Source: Waterburya sp.
GTDB taxonomy: Bacteria; Cyanobacteriota; Cyanobacteriia; Cyanobacteriales; Xenococcaceae
DNA length: 64,000 bases
Reading direction: 5' to 3'
NCBI GenBank assembly: GCA_965217895.1
Contig: CBDCJV010000002.1
Location: 4,992,001-5,056,000 of the forward strand
The translations under genes and the position numbers were made by a program. The notes under the pieces were generated by a model. That model ran no database searches and was not told the origin of the DNA. It was given only the letters and a program-made list of their open reading frames with translations. Below are positions 1 through 9,750 of this stretch, piece after piece. Every line of letters starts with the position of its first letter. The first letter of the stretch is position 1.

Positions 1-499
1 TTCCCGCTATATGTCCTAATAGCAACAGGGGGACGATAGGAGTTAATATTTTTGTTTCAAGGCGATTAAAGCAAAAAGCTTCTTTAAAAAAAATTCCTGT
101 TAAGGCAGCAAAGGTAAAGCCTGTACCAAATAGGGTAAAAGGATGATTATATATGTATAGTGCCAAAGGTTCATTGGTCTGGGTGGCGATCGCCATTGTG
201 GCAACTGTGCCAATTACCCAAAATCCTTGTAGGACTCGATGTAAAGCCTTCAGGTAAATATGAATATAAACTAGGCTAACACCCAATCCCAAAGAAAAGA
301 GAGCAAATAAGAATGTGATAGCTGGTAAAGCAGCCTTACCTTGAGCAAAGAAAAGATTAGAGGCGATCGCAAAGCTAGCTGCTGCCAAAACTAGACCTGC
401 ACGATAGATAATTACTTCTAGGCGATCGCTTTTGGTAATAGTATAATCGCCAAATTGTCCTTTATAGGTTTGAGGTTCTTTGTCTAAAAGAGCAATCAT
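1..499 (-). CDS. DUF2301-like integral membrane protein (partial, runs off window start)
   Basis: Manual translation from ATG at 499: MIALLDKEPQTYKGQFGDYTITKSDRLEVIIYRAGL..., then hydrophobic helices; resembles the conserved cyanobacterial DUF2301 family. Confidence 0.7.
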   Translation of the reverse strand, partial: MIALLDKEPQTYKGQFGDYTITKSDRLEVIIYRAGLVLAAASFAIASNLFFAQGKAALPAITFLFALFSLGLGVSLVYIHIYLKALHRVLQGFWVIGTVATMAIATQTNEPLALYIYNHPFTLFGTGFTFAALTGIFFKEAFCFNRLETKILTPIVPLLLLGHIAG

Positions 500-609
500 A
501 ATTAACTTTATGTGAATTAGCTTTATTCTAATTTATTGGTTTTAAGCTCTTAGAGGTTGTCTAAGAAGTTTAATTGGCTGCCTTTCTCAACTTACATTAG
601 GCATATATA

Positions 610-1401
610 CTAAAAACTTATTTTTACTTGAACTATATCTTGCCAGGTAAGCTGTAATTTTGCTTGGGCGTTTGCGCCATTGACCGCAATTTCTATCCAG
701 CCATGACTACCAACTATAGCTATATTTTCGCCTAGGTTGACATCGCTATAAGTCTTGCCCTTATGAATCGTAATATTCTGGATAACTACTTGCCATGTTT
801 TTCCTTTAACTAAACCACCAGGAATATTAGTAATCAAGTTGCCAAAATGATCTATATACTGAATACAGCCAGTAATTTGCTCAGGAGTTTGTCTTAGCGG
901 TGGTAAATTCAGTTTAGTTAAACTAGCTGGATCGATCGCCTGACCTAATTCTTGAATTTTAACTCCGTTAGCTAGGTGTGCGCCAACAGGAGCAAAAATA
1001 TCTCTGCCGTGAAAAGTGTGACTGGGATCTGATACTCGCCAATACTGAGGATTGGTTAACTCTACAGCAGAAATAACTTCATCTAGTTCTAAAATACCGC
1101 TACAGATACCATTGTCAGGACAAACTACATATCCTTTCCTCAGTTTAATAGCTACGCCTCTTCTACTGCTACCAACTCCTGGATCGACTACCGCTACGTG
1201 AACTGTCTGAGATGGAAAATAGGGATAGGCATTTAATAAAGCAAATCTGGCTGCGAGTAGATTTTGTGGGGAAAGTTGGTGAGTTAGATCGATTACCTGT
1301 ATTTGAGAATTAACTGCTGCGATCGCGCCTTTCATCACGCCGACATAAACATCGCGATCACCAAAGTCGGTTAACAAAGTCACAATGTTACCTGAAGCCA
1401 T
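610..1401 (-). CDS. SAM hydrolase / SAM-dependent halogenase family protein (DUF62)
   Basis: TLLTDFG, VVDPGVGS, TFHGRDIFAP and YIDHFGNLITN motifs. Confidence 0.9.
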   Translation of the reverse strand: MASGNIVTLLTDFGDRDVYVGVMKGAIAAVNSQIQVIDLTHQLSPQNLLAARFALLNAYPYFPSQTVHVAVVDPGVGSSRRGVAIKLRKGYVVCPDNGICSGILELDEVISAVELTNPQYWRVSDPSHTFHGRDIFAPVGAHLANGVKIQELGQAIDPASLTKLNLPPLRQTPEQITGCIQYIDHFGNLITNIPGGLVKGKTWQVVIQNITIHKGKTYSDVNLGENIAIVGSHGWIEIAVNGANAQAKLQLTWQDIVQVKISF

Positions 1402-1464
1402 AATTTTGTAATCCTTAATTCTGATTTTAGTCTATTGTTGCGATTTATTGGCACTCTTCGATCT

Positions 1465-1507
1465 TGTATCTGAAGTTACAGGATTATTAGGCTGTGGTTG
1501 ATAGTAT
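1465..1507 (+). promoter_or_regulatory. NtcA-activated promoter (NtcA box plus -10)
   Basis: TGTA-TCTGAAGT-TACA at 1465-1480 (GTA-N8-TAC); TAGTAT (TAN3T) at 1502-1507 lies 22 nt after TAC, the canonical class II spacing; upstream of an ammonium-releasing enzyme. Confidence 0.8.
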
Positions 1508-1678
1508 TTTAGTAAACAAAACATTAAGTTCATTATCATCAAATCCATTTTCAACTGCGATTGACAAAGCCAGGGTTCGACGGGCGATCGCAATAATAAA
1601 TGTCTTGTATTGGTTGTAAAAAGTGAATTAGTGAATTTTGCTCAAAAATCAATTAAATAAAAATAGGAGTTAATAAAG

Positions 1679-2779
1679 ATGGCTTTTCACGGAGATATTT
1701 CTTCTAGTAAAGATGCTGTGGGCGTAGCAGTCGTTAACTATAAAATGCCTCGCCTCCACACTAAAACCGAGGTCATAAAAAACTGTCACAAAATTGCCGA
1801 AATGATTGACGGGATGAAAGTAGGATTACCAGGAATGGACTTGGTTATCTTTCCCGAATATTCAACTCACGGTATTATGTACGATCGCCAGGAAATGATG
1901 GATACTGCTGCCGTTATTCCTGGAGAAGAAACCGCAATTTTTGCAGCAGCCTGTAAGCGAAATAAAGTCTGGGGCGTTTTTTCCCTGACGGGAGAAAGAC
2001 ACGAAGAGCATCCGACAAAAGTTCCTTATAACACTTTAATCTTAATGAACGACGAGGGCGAAATCGTTCAAAAGTATCGTAAGATTATGCCTTGGTGTCC
2101 GATTGAAGGCTGGTATCCAGGAAATAATACTTATGTTTCAGAAGGGCCAAAAGGACTAAAAATCAGCTTGATTATTTGCGATGATGGCAATTATCCTGAA
2201 ATTTGGCGCGACTGTACCATGAAGGGTGCAGAACTGATTGTGCGCTGTCAGGGCTATATGTATCCAGCTAAAGAACAGCAAATTATTGTGTCCAAAGCGA
2301 TGGCGTGGATGAATAATACCTATGTAGCTGTTGCTAACGCTTCTGGCTTTGACGGTGTGTATAGCTATTTCGGACATTCGGCAATTGTCGGTTTTGACGG
2401 ACGTACTTTAGGAGAATGTGGCGAAGAAGAAAACGGCGTACAGTATGCCACTCTTTCTAAATTCTCTATCCGCGACTTTCGCGCTAATGCTCAATCCCAA
2501 AACCATATATTTAAGTTAATGCACCGTGGCTACACTGGTTTGATTAACTCTGGAGAAGGTGCAGAGGGTGTACAAACCTGTCCCTTTGATTTTTATCGCG
2601 ATTGGGTACTAGACGAACAAAAAGCCAAAGAAACGGCGGAGAAGATTACACGCTCTACCGTCGGTACAGAGGAATGTCCTATTGAAGGATTACCAACAGA
2701 GGCAGCTACAGCAGAAGCTCCAGAGAAGTTAGAGCCAATGCCACAGCTAGAGACAAAATCAGAACCCAGCTTAGTCTAG
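1679..2779 (+). CDS. amiE: Aliphatic amidase (nitrilase superfamily)
   Basis: [22 protein letters not shown]-terminus; E-K-C triad motifs IFPEYS, YRKI and [18 protein letters not shown]. Confidence 0.92.
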   Translation: MAFHGDISSSKDAVGVAVVNYKMPRLHTKTEVIKNCHKIAEMIDGMKVGLPGMDLVIFPEYSTHGIMYDRQEMMDTAAVIPGEETAIFAAACKRNKVWGVFSLTGERHEEHPTKVPYNTLILMNDEGEIVQKYRKIMPWCPIEGWYPGNNTYVSEGPKGLKISLIICDDGNYPEIWRDCTMKGAELIVRCQGYMYPAKEQQIIVSKAMAWMNNTYVAVANASGFDGVYSYFGHSAIVGFDGRTLGECGEEENGVQYATLSKFSIRDFRANAQSQNHIFKLMHRGYTGLINSGEGAEGVQTCPFDFYRDWVLDEQKAKETAEKITRSTVGTEECPIEGLPTEAATAEAPEKLEPMPQLETKSEPSLV

Positions 2780-2835
2780 AGCTTAACTATTTAGATGAAT
2801 GTCTAAAGTCTGTCGGGTAAACATTTTCTGATTAT

Positions 2836-3861
2836 ATGGAGAACGAACCAATGCTTGATTATGAAATCTTCGATCTTGGAGAGGTTACAGTTCAGTCAGG
2901 AGCAACGTTACGAGATGCCAAACTGGCATACAAAACTTATGGTACTCTTAATGCCGATAAAAGCAACGTCATTGTTTATCCGACTTGGTATTCTGGGCAA
3001 CACTACGACAACGAATGGTTAATTGGGTAGGGTATGGCACTCGATCCCCAAAAATACTTTATTATTATTCCCAATATGTTCGGGAATGGTTTATCTTCTT
3101 CACCTAGTAATACGCCCCCTCCTTATGACCGCGCTAGATTTCCTCACGTAACTTTTTATGACAACGTTGTGGCACAGCAGCGTTTAGTTACAGAAAAATT
3201 TGGCATTGAAAAGATTGCATTAGTTACTGGCTGGTCGATGGGAGCAGGACAAACTTACCAGTGGGGAGTTAGCTATCCAGAAATGGTCGAACGCATTTTT
3301 CCTTTTTGTGGTTCTGCCAAAACTAGCCTTCACAACATTGTCTTTTTAGAAGGGGTAAAAGCCGCAATTCAAACTGATGTAGCTTGGCAAGAAGGATGGT
3401 ACGAGCAGCAGCCTAATAAGGGATTAAGGGCTGTCGGTCGAGTTTATGCTGGTTGGGGATTGTCTCAGGCTTTTTATCGCCAAAAGGTCTATCTCCAGAT
3501 GGGATATTCATCTCTAGAAGATTTTTTGGTAGCTTTCTGGGAAGGCTTTTTTCTGCGCAAGGATGCCAACAATCTTTTAGCTATGCTGTGGACTTGGCAA
3601 AATGGCAATATTGGTAACACGCCAGGATTTGACGGCAATTTTGAGCGAGCATTGGCAGCAATTAAAGCTAAAGCGATTGTGATGCCAGGAGAAACCGACC
3701 TCTACTTTCCCCCAGAAGATAATGAATACGAAGTAAAGCATCTGCATAACGCCAAGTTTCTTGCCATTCCTTCTATTTGGGGTCACTTTGCTGGTGGCGG
3801 TATTAATTCGGTTGATACTGAGTTTATCGATCGCAACATCCAAGAATTACTAGCACGATAG
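2836..3861 (+). pseudogene. Homoserine-acetyltransferase-like alpha/beta hydrolase interrupted by one in-frame TAG (3028-3030)
   Basis: ORFs 2836-3030 and 3034-3861 share a frame (..NEWLIG*GMALDP..); motifs LAYKTYG, GNGLSSSPSN, GWSMG nucleophile, TDLYFP and WGH. Confidence 0.8.
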
Positions 3862-3937
3862 CCACAGATATTGTTTTTAGTACTCAATTTAAACTAAAAA
3901 CCAAAAAGTGTTCTAACACAGCCTTGTATTGCTATAT
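3858..3937. mobile_element. Degenerate MITE of the TATAGC...GTTAGGACA family
   Basis: Right end 3907-3937 is the reverse complement (29/31) of the element end at 7959-7989; the left end is degenerate and overlaps the hydrolase stop codon. Confidence 0.5.
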
Positions 3938-3952
3938 TTAAAAAATACTATA

Positions 3953-4030
3953 TAGGACTTACGCAGTTTAACGAGTTTTGCCCCCTAACCCCCCAAATCT
4001 GGGAGGAACAAGACAAGAATTGAAAGTCCC
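3953..4030. mobile_element. Truncated cyanobacterial MITE end
   Basis: TAGGACTTACGCA terminus followed by a CCCCCTAACCCCCCA repeat core; no partner end seen. Confidence 0.5.
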
Positions 4031-4049
4031 TGGATAGAGATCGCAGTTT

Positions 4050-4151
4050 GAGGTTCGAGACGCTTTCTGACCCATAGTTTTTCATAATTTAATGGAAGCG
4101 ATCGCTCGTGACAAAGCTGGAGAATACGAGAAACAAGGCCTTTTAGATTAA
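4050..4151 (+). pseudogene. yefM: C-terminal remnant of a YefM/Phd antitoxin
   Basis: Frameshifted FETLSDP / HNLMEAIARDKAGEYEKQGLLD*; its stop abuts the yoeB ATG; no N-terminus. Confidence 0.55.
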
Positions 4152-4376
4152 ATGCGCGATCTATTTTGGGATAGTAAAGCTTGGCAGGATTATATTTATT
4201 GGCAGAGTCAGGATAAAAAGACCCTTACTAATCCATTTGAAGGCATGGGAAAACCAGAACCGTTAAAGGAAAACTTGTCAGGTTATTGGTCGCGAAGAAT
4301 TGATGAAACTAATCGAATTGTTTATAGAGTGACTGATGAATACATCAAGATAATTTTTTGTCAGTATCATTATTGA
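4152..4376 (+). pseudogene. yoeB: Txe/YoeB toxin with an internal ~10 aa deletion
   Basis: AWQDYIYWQ..DKK, PFEGMGKPEPLK..LSGYWSRRI and C-terminal YHY; the helix normally between DKK and PFEG is missing. Confidence 0.75.
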
Positions 4377-4518
4377 TTAATGAATATAGCGATCGCTCTT
4401 TCTATACCCATATAAAGCGATCGCCCTACTCTCAAATCATAAATATTTATACCCAATTTCCTCACTACAACAATAAAATCATTGATAATTGGTAATTGAT
4501 CATTGATAATTGATTTTT

Positions 4519-7248
4519 ATGTCTTTTGTTGGCTTACATATCCATAGCGACTATAGCTTGCTTGATGGTGCATCTCAGATTCCTCAGCTAATCGATCGCG
4601 CTTTAGAATTAGATATGCCAGCGATCGCTCTTACGGATCATGGAGTAATGTATGGGGCGATTGAACTGATCAAAGTCTGTCGCAACAAAGGCATCAAGCC
4701 GATCATTGGCAATGAGATGTATGTAATTAATGGCGATATTGAAGTCAACATCACCGAAAAGAAAAAACGCCACCGCAAATATCATCAGGTAGTGTTGGCG
4801 AAAAATACCCAGGGATACAAGAATTTAGTTAAGCTAACCACTATTTCCCACCTCAAAGGCTATCAGGGTAGCGGTATTTTTGCCCGTCCCTGTATTAATA
4901 AAGAACTATTAGAGAAATATCACGAAGGTTTAATTGTTACTAGTGCTTGCTTAGGAGGAGAAGTTCCCCAGGCAATTTTAAAAGGCGATCTTGCTCATGC
5001 AGAAAAAGTAGCCAAATGGTATCAAGATTTGTTTGGCGATGACTACTACCTAGAAATACAGGATCACGGTTCACCAGAAGATCGGATGGTGAATGTGGCA
5101 ATTGTCAATATTGCTCGCAAATTAGGTATCCAATTCATTGCCACCAACGATTCTCACTTTATCTCTTGCTATGACGTAGAGGCACACGATGCTTTATTAT
5201 GTATTCTGACTCAAAAGCGCATAACCGATGATAAAAGGCTGCGCTATAGCGGTACAGAGTATCTTAAGTCCGCCGACGAGATGAGGCTGCTGTTTCGCGA
5301 TCATTTAGAAGATGACGTGATCGAAAAAGCGATCGCAACTACCGTAGAAGTTGCCGACAAAGTGCAGCCCTATAACATTCTGGGCGAACCCCGTATTCCT
5401 GATTATCCTGTTCCCGCAGGACATACTGCCGATAGTTATTTAGAAGAAGTTACTCGCCAGGGTTTATTAGAAAGGCTCAAGTGTCGCAACCATCACGAAG
5501 TTCCAGCAGAATATATGCAGAGGCTTGAGGTAGAACTCAAGGTCATGCAGTCAAAAGGCTTTTCTACTTACTTTCTGGTAGTTTGGGACTATATTAAATA
5601 CGCCAGAGATAATGATATCCCCGTTGGACCAGGGAGAGGTAGTGCTGCGGGGTCATTAGTGGCATATTGTCTCAAAATCACCAACATCGACCCAATTCAT
5701 CACGGTTTACTGTTTGAGCGTTTTCTCAATCCCGAACGGAAATCTATGCCTGATGTAGATACAGATTTCTGTCCCGATCGCCGTAGCGATATGATTAAAT
5801 ACGTTACCGACAAGTATGGTGAGGCAAATGTTGCCCAAATTATCACCTTTAACCGCATGACTTCTAAGGCGGTGTTAAAAGATGTGGGTAGGGTATTAGG
5901 CATTGACTTTGGCGATCAAAATCGGATTGCTAAGATGATTCCTGTAGTGCGCGGTAAACCGACTAAGCTTAAGGTGATGATCTCTCAAGGCACTCCTGAA
6001 CCCGCTTTTAAACAGGCTTATGAAAGCGAAAGTGTACCTATTTATGACGATAACAAAGGGGAAATCGGTTCGGTGGCAGTTCGCAACTGGGTTGATATGG
6101 CAATTCGCATTGAAGGTACAAATAAAACCTTCGGGGTTCATGCTGCGGGAGTAGTTATTTCTTCCCAACCTTTAGATGAAATTGTACCTTTACAAAAAAA
6201 TAACGATGGCTCGGTAATTACTCAATATTACATGGAAGATGTTGAGGCTATGGGTCTTTTGAAAATGGATTTTTTAGGCTTAAAAAATTTAACCACCATT
6301 CAGCGAGCAGCCGCTCTAGTTCAGAAAACTCAAGGTGTCACTTTAGATTTAGATCAAATACCTCTAGATGAACGCAAGGCATTAGAAATTATTGCTAAGG
6401 GTAAGCATAAAAAGCTGCCTGACGACATTCAAAAGACTCATAAACTCTTCCGCGCTGGTAATTTAGAGGGCATTTTTCAACTCGAATCTGATGGCATGAA
6501 ACAAATTACTAGAGACTTAAAACCTTCTGGGATAGAAGATATTTCTTCTATCTCCGCTCTCTATCGTCCAGGGCCTCTAGACGCAGGATTAATTCCGATT
6601 TTTATTGATCGCAAACATGGTAAAGAACAGGTTAGTTATCAGCATCCTCTATTAGAATCCATTCTCAAAGAAACCTATGGAGTAATTGTCTATCAAGAGC
6701 AAATTATGAAAATTGCTCAGGAATTAGCAGGTTATTCTTTAGGTGAAGCTGACTTACTCCGTCGCTGTATGGGTAAAAAAAAGCTAGCTGAAATGGAGAA
6801 ACATCGAGAGAAGTTTATTGATGGTTCGGCTAAAAATGGTGTCAGAAAAGAGGTAGCCAATGAACTATTCGATCAGATGGTACTATTTGCCGAGTATTGC
6901 CTAAGTTACGATACAGAAATATATACCGTTGAATATGGGGCGTTGCCCATTGGCAAAATAGTTGAGTCAAAAATTAAATGTAGCGTCTATACCGTAGATA
7001 AAAATGGTTTGGTTTATACTCAGCCTGTAGCGCAGTGGCATGATCGCGGTATACAAGAAGTTTTTGAATATACTCTAGATAATGGCTCAAGCATTCAGGC
7101 GACAAAAAATCACAAATTCATGACTACTGATGGACAAATGCTGTCCATAGATCAAGTATTTCAAAGGGGTTTAGAACTTAAAGAAATTGGTTCTCTTAAA
7201 TACAAACTACAGCCTTTAGCAATGAAACATTTTAGTGGACATTCATGA
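4519..7248 (+). CDS. dnaE: DNA polymerase III alpha subunit, N-terminal half of the split gene, with N-intein
   Basis: PHP domain [30 protein letters not shown] and LLKMDFLGL; ends in [15 protein letters not shown] at 4519 preferred over TTG at 4510. Confidence 0.97.
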   Translation: MSFVGLHIHSDYSLLDGASQIPQLIDRALELDMPAIALTDHGVMYGAIELIKVCRNKGIKPIIGNEMYVINGDIEVNITEKKKRHRKYHQVVLAKNTQGYKNLVKLTTISHLKGYQGSGIFARPCINKELLEKYHEGLIVTSACLGGEVPQAILKGDLAHAEKVAKWYQDLFGDDYYLEIQDHGSPEDRMVNVAIVNIARKLGIQFIATNDSHFISCYDVEAHDALLCILTQKRITDDKRLRYSGTEYLKSADEMRLLFRDHLEDDVIEKAIATTVEVADKVQPYNILGEPRIPDYPVPAGHTADSYLEEVTRQGLLERLKCRNHHEVPAEYMQRLEVELKVMQSKGFSTYFLVVWDYIKYARDNDIPVGPGRGSAAGSLVAYCLKITNIDPIHHGLLFERFLNPERKSMPDVDTDFCPDRRSDMIKYVTDKYGEANVAQIITFNRMTSKAVLKDVGRVLGIDFGDQNRIAKMIPVVRGKPTKLKVMISQGTPEPAFKQAYESESVPIYDDNKGEIGSVAVRNWVDMAIRIEGTNKTFGVHAAGVVISSQPLDEIVPLQKNNDGSVITQYYMEDVEAMGLLKMDFLGLKNLTTIQRAAALVQKTQGVTLDLDQIPLDERKALEIIAKGKHKKLPDDIQKTHKLFRAGNLEGIFQLESDGMKQITRDLKPSGIEDISSISALYRPGPLDAGLIPIFIDRKHGKEQVSYQHPLLESILKETYGVIVYQEQIMKIAQELAGYSLGEADLLRRCMGKKKLAEMEKHREKFIDGSAKNGVRKEVANELFDQMVLFAEYCLSYDTEIYTVEYGALPIGKIVESKIKCSVYTVDKNGLVYTQPVAQWHDRGIQEVFEYTLDNGSSIQATKNHKFMTTDGQMLSIDQVFQRGLELKEIGSLKYKLQPLAMKHFSGHS
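6898..7248 (+). other. DnaE split intein, N-fragment
   Basis: [23 protein letters not shown]...QWHDRG.QEVFEY...ATKNHKFMT, like the Npu/Ssp DnaE N-inteins. Confidence 0.95.
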
Positions 7249-7339
7249 CTTACAATATTTACTAATGTGATTTCAAGAGTCAAATATTTTCTCAAGAAAT
7301 CTAATTTTTGCCATTGTAATTATTATTTCTCTTATCAAC

Positions 7340-7954
7340 ATGGATATCAAAAAACTTATTTCTACAGCTAACGAACTACATACTAAATTGAGCGATGTAG
7401 ACCAGAAAGTAATTAGTAGAAAACAGGAATTGGACAATATTAATAGAGCGATAAGCCAAGCACAACAGCAATTAGAGCAAAAAGTAGCTGCTATTACCAG
7501 TGCCATTAATAATAAGCACCAAGAGTTAGAAAATTTAAGTCAGGAATTATCTAATCGTCAATCTTTGTTAGCTGAAATACAGGGCAATGTAGCGTCAAAT
7601 GCTGCAAATAATGCTAAATATGAAGCGAAAGCAAATAACAACGTAGAATCTAAAAATACCCCCCAAAATTTAGGTCAGCCAGCAGACATATTTGTTGAAA
7701 TGAAAAAACAAGCTTCTCTAGAAGACTATATAAGATCTAAATTTGAAAAGGAGTATGGTATTAAATATCCTAATTCAGGACAAGCTCTGAACGATAAAGA
7801 TTTTAATATTGTGCTAGAAAGGTTAATCGAGCGAGCAAGACAAAATAATAATCTACCTGAAGCGATCGAAGATTATTTATCAAATTACTCCAAAACTTTG
7901 AATAATCAGCAGATAGAGGAAATGAGGAAAAAAGCAGGTTCTGTGACAAGATAA
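7340..7954 (+). CDS. Hypothetical coiled-coil protein, possibly 5'-truncated
   Basis: 204 aa ORF with an N/Q-rich heptad pattern, AT-rich; the frame stays open upstream through LIFAIVIIISLIN without a start codon. Confidence 0.55.
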   Translation: MDIKKLISTANELHTKLSDVDQKVISRKQELDNINRAISQAQQQLEQKVAAITSAINNKHQELENLSQELSNRQSLLAEIQGNVASNAANNAKYEAKANNNVESKNTPQNLGQPADIFVEMKKQASLEDYIRSKFEKEYGIKYPNSGQALNDKDFNIVLERLIERARQNNNLPEAIEDYLSNYSKTLNNQQIEEMRKKAGSVTR

Positions 7955-7958
7955 GAAT

Positions 7959-8090
7959 ATATAGCAATACGAGGCTGTGTTAGGACACTCCCTGCGAGAA
8001 AGTTGTACTCACAGCATCTAATACCCCTTGGCTACTTACGAGCAATCAAATTTTCTGTCCTGTCTTGGTGCGCGTACATGCGGCTAAAGC
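7959..8090. mobile_element. MITE-like element (TATAGCAATAC...GTTAGGACAC end)
   Basis: Left end matches 3907-3937 in inverted orientation; right end degenerate. Confidence 0.5.
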
Positions 8091-8092
8091 CT

Positions 8093-8245
8093 TTGTCTTG
8101 CTAAGTCAGCATTCCCTTGCGTCTTACGCCGACGCGGGGTCTGACTTCTGTCGGCGACGCGCCCTCCTTATGCCGGGGAACTCGTCCACCGCAACTGTCT
8201 CACCGCGTCGCCTGTGGTTTCCCAGGCGTTTATGTCGCCCGTCAA
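8093..8245. repeat. GC-rich palindromic dispersed repeat
   Basis: GC-rich island with nested inverted repeats; CTTGCTAAGTCAGCATTCCC matches the pyrB-upstream element (reverse strand) at 17/20. Confidence 0.6.
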
Positions 8246-8549
8246 ACTGTCGAACCCTTTAGGGGGTCGCACCGCTAACCGATTAACGTACTGCGATAAT
8301 TTATAATCTCCAGCTTAAAAAAACTTGATGTCGGTTAAATACACATTAGACCTCTTACATAAGTTCGCTCAATCTCGGTTGTGTTTAGGGAAAAGGTAGG
8401 ATTGCGCTTTCTACGTAGTTAATTAACTCAATCCCTTACCCCTAGATGCGAGAAAGGACTTGTCCGTATCTAGTACCCCTTTCTCCTTTTCCCAATTGTC
8501 ATCGATGACGGGGCGCATACTCCCATTCATTAAACGGTAATGCCATACT

Positions 8550-9437
8550 ATGCTAATTGTTATTTGTGGTGTGACTGCCAGCGGTAAATCTGGTTTAGCT
8601 TTAGAAATTGCTCAACGTTTAAACACAGCGATCATTGGCGCAGATTCTCGGCAAATATACCGCGAGTTTGATATTGGCACAGCCAAACCGTCTTTAGCCG
8701 AACAAAAATTAGTTCCCCATTACCAAATTGATATTTGTGAGCCAACCGAGACATTGACTTTAGCAGAATATCAGCAGCAAACTCAAGAACTAATTAAGAC
8801 GAGTAATCATTCTTTGTCATTATTAGTGGGTGGTACAGGATTGTATTTAGATGCAATTACTAAAGGTTTAAAGATACCTAGGGTATCGCCACAGCCAGAA
8901 TTGCGATCGCAATTGTCTTCTCTAGGACAAGCACAAATTCACGGCTGGTTAGCTCAAGTTGACCCTAAAGCAGCCAGAAAAATTCATCTTAACGACCAAT
9001 TTAGAACTTTGAGAGCGTTAGAAGTTTTTTATGTTACGGGTGTTCCTATTTCCGCCCAGCAAGGCGAAAATCCACCTAATTATCCCATTTTACAGATTGG
9101 CTTAGACGGCGATGTGGCAGCTTTAGACAAGAAAATTGCTACACGCACTAAGCAAATGATCGAGATGGGATTAGTTCAAGAGGTAGACTATCTCTGTCAT
9201 AAATACAGTGAGAATCTACCTTTGTTAAATACCCTGGGCTATAGCGAAATCAAACAATATTTAGCTGCTGAAATTAATTTAGAACAGGCGATCGCTCTAA
9301 CTGTTACTCACACCCGTCAATTTGCCAAACGTCAGCGTACTTGGTTTAGAAAAAACAAAAATATCCGTTGGTTTGATAGCGGTAGTTATGATTTGGTTGA
9401 GCAAGTTTGGCAAACAGTACAAGAATTTATTAATTAA
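8550..9437 (+). CDS. miaA: tRNA dimethylallyltransferase
   Basis: GVTASGKS P-loop, DSRQIY..DIGTAKP, LVGGTGLY and FAKRQRTWF. Confidence 0.97.
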   Translation: MLIVICGVTASGKSGLALEIAQRLNTAIIGADSRQIYREFDIGTAKPSLAEQKLVPHYQIDICEPTETLTLAEYQQQTQELIKTSNHSLSLLVGGTGLYLDAITKGLKIPRVSPQPELRSQLSSLGQAQIHGWLAQVDPKAARKIHLNDQFRTLRALEVFYVTGVPISAQQGENPPNYPILQIGLDGDVAALDKKIATRTKQMIEMGLVQEVDYLCHKYSENLPLLNTLGYSEIKQYLAAEINLEQAIALTVTHTRQFAKRQRTWFRKNKNIRWFDSGSYDLVEQVWQTVQEFIN

Positions 9438-9480
9438 GGCGTAAAAGCAGAATATATTCTGCTCCTAATTTTTTAGCTAT

Positions 9481-9750
9481 CTAAAAAGCTTGAATCCATT
9501 CTTTTATTTGATATTCAGTCCAAATACCATTTTGCCAATAGGGGTCAGACTCTACTAAATGGCGAACAGTTTCTTGATTGTCGGCTTCGTAGATACCAAA
9601 AACCTGAGTATTGTCTTTGGTTGGTCCTAAAGTAATTAGAATTCCCTGCTCTTTTTGACCGCCAAGACCATCCAAATGCGCTTGACGGTAGGGACTACGC
9701 TTTTCTAAGGCATTTTCACAATAGCTTCCCCACATAATATATTTGGGCAT
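9481..9750 (-). CDS. YciI family protein
   Basis: R..HL motif and DPY..G.W in an 89 aa protein. Confidence 0.85.
   Translation of the reverse strand: MPKYIMWGSYCENALEKRSPYRQAHLDGLGGQKEQGILITLGPTKDNTQVFGIYEADNQETVRHLVESDPYWQNGIWTEYQIKEWIQAF

Noticed and set aside
610..1401. Fluorinase/chlorinase indicating halometabolite synthesis
   Set aside because: The TFHGRD motif and lack of a biosynthetic cluster fit the widespread SAM hydrolase (DUF62) branch
1568..1590. Guanidine-I (ykkC) riboswitch suggested by CAGGGTTCG
   Set aside because: The conserved 3' AAAAGCCCGGGAG stem is absent
3028..3030. Pyrrolysine recoding of the TAG
   Set aside because: No pyl genes in the window, and pyrrolysine is not known in cyanobacteria; a point mutation from GAG is simpler
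4480..4512. ATTGATA-type heptamer repeats before dnaE (similar short repeats near 10915, 31895 and 53940)
   Set aside because: Ordinary cyanobacterial short tandem repeats with few copies
8065..8262. 65-aa ORF
   Set aside because: Lies entirely within GC-rich repeat DNA; TTG start and no coding features
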